Shown here one piece after another: positions 39,984 through 49,762 of a DNA stretch of 64,000 nt. The position numbers were made by a program, and so were the translations under genes. The stretch's first letter is position 1. The number at the start of each line of letters is the position of its first letter. The stretch spans positions 81,773 through 145,772 of the forward strand of contig JBBRXJ010000001.1 in assembly GCA_038248505.1 (NCBI GenBank). Reading direction: 5' to 3'. The notes beneath the pieces are model-generated. The model worked only from the letters and a program-made list of their open reading frames with translations, made no database searches and had not been told where the DNA came from. The DNA comes from Bacteroidales bacterium (GTDB lineage: Bacteria > Bacteroidota > Bacteroidia > Bacteroidales > JBBRXJ01).

Positions 39984-40604
39984 CTAAGATAAAATAGAAA
40001 ATGTATACCCTTGTTTTTTGTAAAATTCAATGGCTCGGGGTAAAACAAAACGAAGATTTTTTTCAGCTTTATAGCTATCATGAAAAACCACAATAGAGCC
40101 GGGTTTTGAATGTACAACAATATTTTGCAGGCAGTCTTCGCCAGTAAGTGACTGATCAAAATCGCGGCTGAGAACATCCCACATTACTATTTTGTAATGT
40201 TTTCTTAAACGAGTAATTTGGGATATTTTAATTTTTCCATACGGTGGACGAAAATATTTTGAATGTACTAAATGTTGTGCTCGTTCTATATCCTCAAAAT
40301 AATTTTGATTTGGGGTGCGCCATCCTTTTAAATGATTGAAGGTATGGTTGCCAATGGAGTGTCCTTCATCGCCAATGCGTTTAAATAGTTCTGGCTGATC
40401 TTCAATATTCTTTCCTAAACAGAAGAAAGTAGCACGCACCTTTTGTTCCCTCAATAAATCCAATACCCATGGGGTAATTACAGGCATAGGGCCGTCATCA
40501 AAGGTTAAATAAACCGTTTTGCGGGTTTTTCTAAGTTCTCTAACATCCCATGTTAACGACGGAAATATTTTCTTTAACAATACGGGCGATGTGAACATAT
40601 TCAT
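39984..40604 (-). CDS. polysaccharide deacetylase (CE4, NodB homology)
   Basis: 206 aa. YLTFDDGP, HSIGNHTFNH and RPPYG motifs. Confidence 0.85.
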   Translation of the reverse strand: MNMFTSPVLLKKIFPSLTWDVRELRKTRKTVYLTFDDGPMPVITPWVLDLLREQKVRATFFCLGKNIEDQPELFKRIGDEGHSIGNHTFNHLKGWRTPNQNYFEDIERAQHLVHSKYFRPPYGKIKISQITRLRKHYKIVMWDVLSRDFDQSLTGEDCLQNIVVHSKPGSIVVFHDSYKAEKNLRFVLPRAIEFYKKQGYTFSILS

Positions 40605-40740
40605 AGCTTATTGTACCTTAATGTCAATAAAAATTATCAGACCATCCGATGTTTTTTACCAATATTATACTAATACACTCCTAAAGTAGAATACCCTAAT
40701 ATAAATGGATGTTAATTTGTTAAATGGTTATTAATCAGGT

Positions 40741-43700
40741 TTATTCTTGTTTTAATGAAGGGGCAATTAGAGTATAGTAATTCTGAAACTTTTTATCGAA
40801 TTCCTCTGCTTTAGCCATGTCGCCATAACGTCGCTCCATTCCAACAACCTGCTGAAATACATGTAAATATAGTTTTTTCTCATAATCGAGGTCTTTGCCT
40901 TTATCCTTTAAAGCTATAAAACATTGTAGATATTGCTCGGTAAGCCTACCTAGTTTTGTAAGTATTGCTTCAGCCTTAGCTTTTTCGCCTAGTTTTAAAT
41001 AACCCTCGGCAATTAATAATATAAAATATTTATAGGGTACTTGGTTGTAAGGTATTACCTCAACACAACGATCTAATACTTTTAATGCGGAGTCATTTTT
41101 GCCCTCTTCAATTAAGGTATTAGCTAATCGTGCAAAAATGCTTCGGTAATTAATCATCATACGTCGTATATCTTCATTAGCATAAACGTTAGAATCGGCT
41201 ACATTGCCCCATTGAAATTCATTCATTAATTTATTATACATAATGTCGGTATCAATCCCGCCAGATTCTCCAGCAGTACTACCAAATTTTATTGGGGTAA
41301 TTTGATACGCCAATCCGGTAATTAAAAAATAATCACTCAATCCAACATAATTATCGTCTGAAACGGTTACTGCAAAATACATTGGGCGTTTCCAGTTATT
41401 GCTCGCTAAAATATCAAGCACCATCAAATCATTTTTAAGAAGGTAGCTTTTGCTAATTGTAAAGTCTAATTGTTTACTCAACATTGATGCGTATCGCAAT
41501 GGAAGTTGGCCACTTAACATTACTTGTGCAGAGTCAACATCAACCGTAAATTGTCGTGACGGAAGAAAGCTAATCATATTATTACCTGGTGTTACTTTTG
41601 ACTTCGGATCATTTGCCACAAAACTTATGGAGCGTCGTAAATCAATAGATCGTTTTACACGATCAGTAACGTAAACCACATCATTGTTGCCTTGTAGGTA
41701 TTGATGTGGTTTTAGTATTAATGGAATGGGTTTTGATTCGTAAGCCGATTGTGCCAGCTGATCAATATACCAATCGGCACCAATATAACTCAGATTCACT
41801 ACACGCACATCGGTACGTACTCCCTCCACTTCTTGAGCATACCAAAGAGGGAAGGTGTCGTTATCTCCATTGGTAAATAGGATGCCATTTTTTTCGCAGG
41901 AGTTGAGATAGTTTTTTGAAAGATCACGAGCAGCATACCGATTAGATCGGTCATGATCATCCCATGTTTCAGCAGCCATTTGAATAGGAATAGCGGTCGT
42001 AAGCAGTGTCACAGCCGATGCAGCTACCATGCCATTCATCTTTTTACTCAGTATTTCGAATAATGCCGCCACGCCTAATCCAATCCAAATAGTAAAAGCG
42101 TAAAACGATCCAGCATAGGCATAGTCGCGTTCACGAGGCTGATATGGGGTTTGATTTAAATAAATTACAATGGCCAATCCGGTCATAAAAAATAATAACA
42201 TTACTATGCTAAAATCTTTTCTGTTTTTGCGAAACTGCCATATAAGGCCTATTAAACCTAATATTAGCGGCAGAGCATAAAAACGATTACGTGCTTTATT
42301 CTTTTTTAAATCTTCGGGCAATTTGTTTTGATCACCCAAACGTGCATTATCAATAAATGAAATTCCAGTTATCCAATTACCGCTTATGGCATTGCCATGA
42401 CCTTGTATATCGTTTTGGCGTCCAGCAAAGTTCCACATAAAGTAACGCCAATACATAAAATTAACCTGATAGCTAAAAAAGAAACGTAGGTTCTCACTAA
42501 ACGAAGGAATATACTCGGCAACGGGTTCTCCATTTTGGTTTTGTATGGTAACTTTTCGTCCTTCAATTTTACCCCATTCTTTATACACTTCAATATGGCT
42601 AGGCTCATTGCTAAACATGCGAGGGAAGATAGAAACAAAGCGCTCATCATATTTATACTCTGGTTTTTTTGAGCTAGCCACATACTTGCCATCTATTTGA
42701 GTATAGGTAGGCTTGCCTTCAGTCTCTTCAACCATTGGGGCATTATAATATTGGCCCAATAATAAAGGACGGTCGCCATATTGCTCACGGTTAAGATATC
42801 GTTGCAGTCCGAAAACGGTTTCAGGGTCATTCTGATCCATGGGCGGATCAGCCTGAGAGCGTATAAAAATCATACTGTATGACGAATAGCCAATAATAAT
42901 CATCATTAAGCAGAGTATGGCAGTGTTTAAAATAACTTTAGTATGAATGTGACTATAGTACAATCCGAATATTAATGCAGTTGCTAGAATGGCTAAATAT
43001 ATTATGATACCACTATTATAAGGCAAGCCAAAAGTATTTACCAAGAAGAGTTCAAATACGGCCGCCATATTAACAGCACCCTGAATAATGCCATACATTA
43101 CAATTGCAACGAGTACTACAGAAAGTATTGCTGCCTTGATTATTCCATATTTTGTTATTGGGAATTTGCGGAAATAATACACAAAAACGATAGCTGGAAT
43201 AGCCAATAAGTTCAATAGATGCACTCCGATAGATAATCCCATAAGATAAGCTATCAAAATAATCCAGCGATTAGCATGTTTTTTATCCGCTTCGTTTTCC
43301 CATTTAAGAATGGCCCAAAAAACGAGGGCGGTGAATAGTGAGCTAGTAGCATATACCTCGCCCTCAACAGCCGAGAACCAAAAGGTATCGGAGAAGGTGT
43401 ATGCCAAAGCGCCTACTACGCCACTTCCCATTACTGCAATTAGTGTGGCTACATTGTATTCTGCATTCTTAATTAGAATTTTCTTAGCTAAATGAGTGAT
43501 ACTCCAAAATAAGAATAGTATAGTGAATGCGCTAACAATTGCCGATAACGAATTAATCATTCGAGCAACATCAGCAGGGGTGGCAGCAAACATACTCGCA
43601 ATGCGGCCAAGTAGCATAAAAAAGGGGGCTCCCGGAGGATGGCCAACTTGAAGCTTATAAGCAGAGGAAATAAATCCCCGCAATCCCAAAAGCTTACGGT

Positions 43701-43787
43701 GGGCTCAATGGTTAAAAGGTAAACTATGGCAGAGATTGCGAAAACAATCCAGCCTGTAATTGTGTTTATGCGTTGATAGGACTTCAT
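40741..43787 (-). pseudogene. DUF2723 family large membrane protein (glycosyltransferase-like), interrupted by a 1-nt frameshift near 43672-43680
   Basis: The N-terminal 76-aa ORF (43557..43787) reads ...LLTIEPTVSFWDCGD. The 982-aa ORF (40741..43689) continues FISSAYKLQVGHPPGAPFFMLLGR. The family consensus FWDCGEFI..AYKL.VGHPPGAP is restored by adding one A in GGGGA-TTT. Confidence 0.8.
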
Positions 43788-44021
43788 ATATTTTATTAAT
43801 TATGGACTAAATGTATAAATTATTTATGAATTTGCTTACAGACCTGACTCTTTAACATTTTTTCTGTTTGATTATACTTTTTGATTCGATCGACTTCTCT
43901 TTAATTTGGCCATGTATTGGCGATAGAGATCTTGTATATCATTCTTCTAAATGGATGAGAAGCGGATTACTATTATTGTGGGAGATAATAGTTTTTACTA
44001 TCTTGCATCTTTTAGACTAAG

Positions 44022-45143
44022 ATGAAAAAAATAGCACAGTTACTTTTCAGCCTTTTTATTTCAGCCTTTTCACTGTTGGCCATTGAGCCCAATGATATTT
44101 TTTTGCCCAATAATGAAATAAATCCAGGTGATAGTAATCGCTTCAGTTTTGATTTCTACGCTAACAGCTTTTTTAAAAATAATGAGTATTTCAGCGATTT
44201 TATTGAGGGCTATACCGTAATTGGCTATATTGCAGAGCCACGAATTTCTTTTCAGGCAGGCGCTAATACTAAGATATCAGCGGGTCTTAGTGCGTTAAAA
44301 TTTTCTGGTATCGAGGGCTTTTCAAGTGTTGCACCTATTCTTACCATTCATCATAAGGCGACTTCTTTTCTAGATATTTTCATGGGCAATATTAATGAGG
44401 CCCTTGCACATCATTTACCAGAGCCTATTTATGGTTTTGATACTTACCTCTATGATCCAACGGAAACTGGTCTACAATTTCTTATTAATACAAAATATTT
44501 TGAGAGTGATGTTTGGGTTGATTGGGAGCATTTTATTTTTAAGGGTGATCCATTGCAAGAGAAGCTGACTGGGGGCACATCATCCAGAATAAAAGTAGTA
44601 AATAATACAAAGGGTTTTTCGTGTTACATTCCTGCATACACTGTTTTTAGACATAAAGGAGGACAAATTAATTCGATTGATTTACCGATGCAAACTATTG
44701 CAAATTTATCAAGTGGTTTGATTTTAGAAAAGAATTTTGAAGGTAATATTGAGAAAATATTTTTTAATGGAATTTACATTCGTTATCTCGATATGTCGCC
44801 AAATATACAAACAATTTTCGCGAATGGTTATGGGTGGTATCCTCAGTTAGGACTAAATACACGTTGGTTTACATTTACTACAGCTTATTGGAACGGCTAT
44901 CATTATTTCTCATCAAAAGGGGAGCCCATGTTTCATAACACATCCTCTGTTTATAAAGATATGTGGGTAGCTCGTCGCGAAATGATTACTTCAAAAGTAT
45001 CGCTCTCGCGCAGGTATAGGAATGGATTACGTTTAGGCGTTCGTTGTGAAAGTTATTATGATCTAGGGGCTGCTACATTAGAATATAGCTACAGCTTCTT
45101 CCTTGTTTTTGATCGTAGTTTTTTATTTGGCTCAGCTCAGTGA
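44022..45143 (+). CDS. hypothetical secreted protein, outer-membrane beta-barrel-like
   Basis: 373 aa. Signal peptide (ISAFSLLA). Alternating aromatic/beta pattern. No family recognised. Confidence 0.5.
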   Translation: MKKIAQLLFSLFISAFSLLAIEPNDIFLPNNEINPGDSNRFSFDFYANSFFKNNEYFSDFIEGYTVIGYIAEPRISFQAGANTKISAGLSALKFSGIEGFSSVAPILTIHHKATSFLDIFMGNINEALAHHLPEPIYGFDTYLYDPTETGLQFLINTKYFESDVWVDWEHFIFKGDPLQEKLTGGTSSRIKVVNNTKGFSCYIPAYTVFRHKGGQINSIDLPMQTIANLSSGLILEKNFEGNIEKIFFNGIYIRYLDMSPNIQTIFANGYGWYPQLGLNTRWFTFTTAYWNGYHYFSSKGEPMFHNTSSVYKDMWVARREMITSKVSLSRRYRNGLRLGVRCESYYDLGAATLEYSYSFFLVFDRSFLFGSAQ

Positions 45144-45230
45144 TATTGTGTCACCTCAAGCACCTACATCATTCTATTGAAATCGTATTTACAATTGCCA
45201 TAATTTAGCAATAAATATACTTCGAAGCTT

Positions 45231-45259
45231 GCGGTCACTGAGGCCCTCGAAGTGACCGC
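45231..45259. repeat. GC-rich hairpin element, copy 2 (GCGGTCAC...GAAGTGACCGC)
   Basis: 8-bp stem GCGGTCAC/GTGACCGC. Contains GAAGTGACCGCGAG (compare GAAGTGAGCGCGGG at 9259). Ends 16 nt from the argJ stop. Confidence 0.4.
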
Positions 45260-45275
45260 GAGCACCTACTATTCT

Positions 45276-46469
45276 TTAAGTCGAGTATGCCGAATTAAAT
45301 GTAACATATTCAAGCGTTAAATCATTGCCCCAGCCCTTGGCTTGGGCTTTGCCAGCGTTTAGATTAATGATCACTTCTATTTCACGGCTTTTTAGTGACT
45401 GACTTACTTTGTTCAAATCAACCGCTAGTGGTTGGCCTTTCGCTAACATTTTAAACCCGTTTATTGAGAGATCCACTTTGTCTGGATTGAAACTTACTCC
45501 TGCACGGCCTGCTGCTGCAAGTATTCGTCCCCAATTCGGATCATTACCAAAGAAGGCACATTTCACCAATGATGAATCGGCCACGGTATGGATAATGTCA
45601 CGCGCGTTCTTCTCGGTTTTTGCTTTTATAACTTTGTATTCAATGAACTTGGTAACACCTTCGCCATCTTTTACCATTTGGCGTGCCAAATCAATGCACA
45701 GTTCGCTCATTTTTGCTAAAACAATTTTAGCATTTTTATTACTCAGCGAACTTATTTTTTTATTGCCTGCTGCGCCATTGCATAATATCACAGCCATGTC
45801 GTTTGTGGATGTATCGCCATCAATAGTAATCATATTGAATGAATCGTTTATGGCTTTTTTAAATAATGCCGACAGTGTTTTCTGGCTAATATTTAAATCG
45901 CTAACAATGAATGAGAGCATGGTACCCATGTTGGGGTGTATCATACCAGAACCTTTGGCAATGGCAGCAATGCTAACGGTTTTTCCATCGAGTGTAAAGG
46001 ATACGCACGATTCTTTTTTTACAGTGTCCGTAGTCATGATGGCGGTAGCAGCATTGTGGCCTGCTTCTTCGCTCGACTCAAGTTTTGCAGCACATTCAAT
46101 AATGGCTGGTATGGTTTTCTCAATAGGAAATTCGCGGCCAATAATACCAGTGGATGCTACCATAACATCACTTGCTTTTATGCCCAATGCTTTTGCTACT
46201 GTTGCAGCCATGCTAACTGCTGCTTGATATCCTTTGCGGCCAGTGCATGCATTGGCATTACCTGAATTTACAACAATAGCTTGCGCTACGCCGTTTTTAA
46301 TATTTTTTTTATCGAGTTTAAGCGGTTCTGCAATTACTCTGTTTTTTGTGAATGTTGCTGCAGCTACGGCTGGCGTTTCACTGTATATGATGGCAAGGTC
46401 ATTGCCTTTTGTTTTTAGCCCAGCTCGTACGCCTTGGGCTTTAAATCCTTTTATGGTTGCTATATTCAT
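45276..46469 (-). CDS. argJ: bifunctional glutamate N-acetyltransferase / amino-acid acetyltransferase
   Basis: 397 aa. ATAIMTTDT, self-cleavage region GMIHPNMGTMLSFI, DGDTSTND, and C-terminus EYVTFNSAYST. Confidence 0.92.
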   Translation of the reverse strand: MNIATIKGFKAQGVRAGLKTKGNDLAIIYSETPAVAAATFTKNRVIAEPLKLDKKNIKNGVAQAIVVNSGNANACTGRKGYQAAVSMAATVAKALGIKASDVMVASTGIIGREFPIEKTIPAIIECAAKLESSEEAGHNAATAIMTTDTVKKESCVSFTLDGKTVSIAAIAKGSGMIHPNMGTMLSFIVSDLNISQKTLSALFKKAINDSFNMITIDGDTSTNDMAVILCNGAAGNKKISSLSNKNAKIVLAKMSELCIDLARQMVKDGEGVTKFIEYKVIKAKTEKNARDIIHTVADSSLVKCAFFGNDPNWGRILAAAGRAGVSFNPDKVDLSINGFKMLAKGQPLAVDLNKVSQSLKSREIEVIINLNAGKAQAKGWGNDLTLEYVTFNSAYST

Positions 46470-46476
46470 GTTTTAT

Positions 46477-46508
46477 AGATTATAGGATTATAAGATTATA
46501 AGATTATA
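46477..46508. repeat. tandem 8-mer RGATTATA x4 (TATAATCY on the coding strand) in the argC-argJ spacer
   Basis: AGATTATA GGATTATA AGATTATA AGATTATA, then a partial GGTTGAG. Fills most of the 46-nt spacer. Confidence 0.8.
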
Positions 46509-46515
46509 GGTTGAG

Positions 46516-47553
46516 TTAAGGTGCAAGAGGAGCGTATCGTAGTCCATCGCTTTCGTCTAGCCCAAGCATGAGGTTCATGTTTTGTATGGCTTGGCCAGAG
46601 GCGCCTTTAACAAGGTTATCAATTGCAGAAAAAACAAAAACCCTATTAGTACGCTCGTCATAATTTACCATGATGTCGCAATAGTTTGAACCACGCACTC
46701 GCTTTAATGATGGTATATCATCAAGTACTCTTACAAATGGCTCTTTGCTATAGAAATTGGCATAAAGTTGACGTAATGATTTCTCGTCTATCTTTCCTGT
46801 TGGTTGTGCGTAAACCGATGTAAGAATACCCCTATCAACAGGGAGTAGGTGAGGGGTAAATAATAAAGTAAGCTCTTTTCCCGTATATGCGGTAAGCGCT
46901 TCTTGCATCTCAATGGTATGACGATGTTTTTTCAACCCGTAGGGTTTAAAATTATCGTTCACATTATCAAAATGCGTCACATCCGTTGCTTTTACACCAG
47001 CACCACTCACGCCTGTTTTTGAATCAACAATAATACTTTTATTGTCGATAAGATTATTTTTAACTAAAGGCGCAAGGGCAAGTATGGCAGATGTTACAAA
47101 GCATCCGGGGTTAGCAATTAGATGTGCCGTTTTAATTTTTTCGCGAAAGAATTCAGGTGATCCAAAAACGGCTTTTTTCAAACCCTCAGGAAAGATATGT
47201 TCCGCTTTATACCACTCGGCATACGCTTCTTTTGAACTCAGTCGGAAGTCACCAGACAGATCGATAATCTTAAAATTGCTGTTGATGTGATCACGTACAA
47301 ATTCCATTGAGATACCATGTGGCAATGCCAAAAATACCAAATCGAGTTCATGATCTTTTACGGTTTTCATAGATGATAATTGAATATCCATGATACCACG
47401 AAACTGCGGATGTATATCAGAGAAACGTATGTCGGTTTTACTCTCAGAAGTGATTAATTCAATACTCACCCCGCTATGATTAACTAATAGTCGCACCAAC
47501 TCCGAACCGGTATAACCTGTGGCACCTATGATGCCTATTTTTTTCTTGTTCAT
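46516..47553 (-). CDS. argC: N-acetyl-gamma-glutamyl-phosphate reductase
   Basis: 345 aa. GATGYTG N-terminus. Catalytic Cys in ANPGCFVTS. Confidence 0.95.
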   Translation of the reverse strand: MNKKKIGIIGATGYTGSELVRLLVNHSGVSIELITSESKTDIRFSDIHPQFRGIMDIQLSSMKTVKDHELDLVFLALPHGISMEFVRDHINSNFKIIDLSGDFRLSSKEAYAEWYKAEHIFPEGLKKAVFGSPEFFREKIKTAHLIANPGCFVTSAILALAPLVKNNLIDNKSIIVDSKTGVSGAGVKATDVTHFDNVNDNFKPYGLKKHRHTIEMQEALTAYTGKELTLLFTPHLLPVDRGILTSVYAQPTGKIDEKSLRQLYANFYSKEPFVRVLDDIPSLKRVRGSNYCDIMVNYDERTNRVFVFSAIDNLVKGASGQAIQNMNLMLGLDESDGLRYAPLAP

Positions 47554-48740
47554 GCTTTTACTTCTTTTAGAGATTCAATAAAAATGCTGAGAACGAAATC
47601 CATTTCTTTTTTGCTAATTACTAATGGTGGAACGAATCGGATAACATTGTCGGCTGTACAATTTGAAAGAACTCCTTTATGTAACATTTTCTCCGCAAGT
47701 TCTCTTCCCGGAAAACTCAATTCAACACCAATCATCAAACCTAATGATCGTATCTCTTTTATTTCTTTATGAACAAGAGCAATCTCTTTTAGTTTTTTAA
47801 CAAAGTAGTTTCCTTTTTCAATAGCTGCATCAAGTAATTTCTCATCTTCTAAAATGAGAATGGTTTCAAGTGCAGCTGCCGATGTAAGTGGGTTTCCGCC
47901 AAAGGTCGTACCATGCTCGCCAAAGGTAATTGCATCAGCTATTTTCTGATTTGTAAGAATAGCACCTATAGGCATTCCGCCGCCCAAGCCTTTTGCCAGC
48001 GTTATTATATCGGGTTTTATGCCAAAATGTTCGTATGCAAAAAATTTACCCGTTCGCCCCATACCACATTGCACTTCGTCGCAAATTAATACAATATCTT
48101 TTTCGTTACATAAGTCACGAACTTTTGTAAGATACTCTTTGCTGAGTATATTCACGCCCCCTTCACCTTGTATCACTTCAAGAATAACCCCGGCGGTTTC
48201 TTTATCTATCGCAGCAGAGAGTGCGGTAATATCATTCCATGCAACCTTTTTAAATCCGGTTGGAATGGGTTCAAATCCTAATTGATACTTTTCTTTACCG
48301 GTAGCAAGAGTTGCTAATGTTCGGCCGTGAAAACAATTTTCGAGCGAAATAATGGTGCCCCCTTTTCCTTTACTATGGCTGTATTTACGTGCCAGTTTTA
48401 TAGCTCCTTCATTTGCCTCAGCACCGCTGTTGGCAAAGAATGCACGCTCAAGGCCTGATATCTCTGTGAGTTTTTTAGCAAGCATCACTTGTGGTTTGCT
48501 TACATAAAAGTTAGAGATATGAATGAGTTTTTTTAGTTGTTTTGTAATGGCTTTAACCAATCGCGGATGATTGTGACCGATATTATTCACGGCAATTCCC
48601 GCAAATGCATCAATGTATTTGTTGCCATCATAATCCCACACCTTGCAGCCTTTTGCTTTTTTAATAGCTAAAGGGTATCGTCCGTAAACCTGTAAATAAT
48701 GTTGCTTATCGAGGTCTGTAAAATATTTATTGTTTTGCAT
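47550..48740 (-). CDS. argD: acetylornithine aminotransferase
   Basis: 396 aa class III aminotransferase. CDEVQCGMGRTG. PLP lysine in TLAKGLGGG. Confidence 0.9.
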   Translation of the reverse strand: MQNNKYFTDLDKQHYLQVYGRYPLAIKKAKGCKVWDYDGNKYIDAFAGIAVNNIGHNHPRLVKAITKQLKKLIHISNFYVSKPQVMLAKKLTEISGLERAFFANSGAEANEGAIKLARKYSHSKGKGGTIISLENCFHGRTLATLATGKEKYQLGFEPIPTGFKKVAWNDITALSAAIDKETAGVILEVIQGEGGVNILSKEYLTKVRDLCNEKDIVLICDEVQCGMGRTGKFFAYEHFGIKPDIITLAKGLGGGMPIGAILTNQKIADAITFGEHGTTFGGNPLTSAAALETILILEDEKLLDAAIEKGNYFVKKLKEIALVHKEIKEIRSLGLMIGVELSFPGRELAEKMLHKGVLSNCTADNVIRFVPPLVISKKEMDFVLSIFIESLKEVKA

Positions 48741-49620
48741 GTTCTTTAGTTTTAATCATTGTACCACATCCTTCTTTAGTATAAATTTCGCAGAGGATTG
48801 AATGTTTACGTGTGCCATTAATGATACGAATAGATTTTACGCCTTCATGAAAAGCTGTAATACAGCTATCCATTTTAGGTAGCATACCGCCTTTTATAAC
48901 GCCCTCTTTCAGTTCTTGAATTTCTTCAATGGTTATTTCGCTAACCAAACTGTTCTTATCATTTGGGTTCATCATTAATCCATCAACGTCGGTCATTGCA
49001 ATATACGCTTCGGCATTCAAGCCACCAGCAAGGCGGCCAGCGAACATATCGGCATTAATATTATAGTCGGTATGATCGCGTCCTGATGCGATTGTTGCAA
49101 TAACTGGAATATATCCATTGTCGAGTAGTAATCTTAATAAGGAGGTTGATACTTCCACTACGTCGCCTACCTGCAACAGATCGAGTACTACCTCCTTGCC
49201 ATCTATTATTTTTTTAGGATATAATTTCTCAGCAATTGCCATTGAGGCATCTTTACCAGAGAGACCTACTGCCTTTTGGCCGTAGCTATTAATAATTCTT
49301 ACCAAATCGCCGTTTACTCTCCCTTTTAATGCCATTTCAATATACACGAGCGCTTCTGGAGTTGTCTTTCGCAATCCGCCTATAAACTCAGAATGTACGC
49401 CCACCTGATCGAGTAATTCATTAATAAAAGGCCCACCACCATGAACAACTACTGGATATGCTCCTAATTCTTTAAGTATACAAACATCTTGCATTACAGA
49501 GTGTTTGAGCTCGTCATTGAGCATGGCATTGCCACCGTATTTTATCAATACGGTTTTGCCTTTATAATAGGCGACCATATCCTGGTCTAAATTCTTGAAG
49601 TCGGTGTTATCAATTAACAT
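48727..49620 (-). CDS. argB: acetylglutamate kinase
   Basis: 297 aa. IKYGGNAM, VVHGGGP and INADMFAG motifs. Confidence 0.93.
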   Translation of the reverse strand: MLIDNTDFKNLDQDMVAYYKGKTVLIKYGGNAMLNDELKHSVMQDVCILKELGAYPVVVHGGGPFINELLDQVGVHSEFIGGLRKTTPEALVYIEMALKGRVNGDLVRIINSYGQKAVGLSGKDASMAIAEKLYPKKIIDGKEVVLDLLQVGDVVEVSTSLLRLLLDNGYIPVIATIASGRDHTDYNINADMFAGRLAGGLNAEAYIAMTDVDGLMMNPNDKNSLVSEITIEEIQELKEGVIKGGMLPKMDSCITAFHEGVKSIRIINGTRKHSILCEIYTKEGCGTMIKTKEHAKQ

Positions 49621-49639
49621 TGGCTTTATTTTAAGAATG

Positions 49640-49647
49640 CAAAATTA
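49640..49647 (-). promoter_or_regulatory. -7 box TAATTTTG upstream of argB
   Basis: The plus strand reads CAAAATTA, 20 nt upstream of the argB ATG. Confidence 0.4.
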
Positions 49648-49702
49648 TTAAGAAATAGGAATATTTCATGAGATTTTCAGGCTAATATCATTTGAGGATG
49701 AA

Positions 49703-49762
49703 ATTAGTGAGTAGTGATCCGCGGCGGCGGAGTGAGAAGTGAATACTTCTCACTAACTACTC
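49703..49762. repeat. GC-rich hairpin element, copy 3 (GATCCGC-GGCG-GCGGAG + GTGAGAAGT hairpin)
   Basis: TCCGC/GCGGA stem at 49718-49731. Adjacent 9-bp hairpin GTGAGAAGT-GAAT-ACTTCTCAC at 49732-49753. Outer complementary GAGTAGT/ACTACTC and TTAGTGAG/CTCACTAA. Overlaps the stop of the 433-aa gene. Confidence 0.45.

Noticed and set aside
45409-46485. Long plus-strand ORFs (272, 109 and 83 aa) antisense to argJ
   Set aside because: They lie entirely inside the well-supported argJ reading frame. Their sequences are Ala/Ser/Leu/Phe-rich shadow translations with no motif. This is the typical antisense open frame of a gene with a strong codon-position bias. The same reasoning applies to the other listed antisense ORFs, such as 1004-1303, 18127-18585, 35930-36118, 37764-38054 and 39809-40177.
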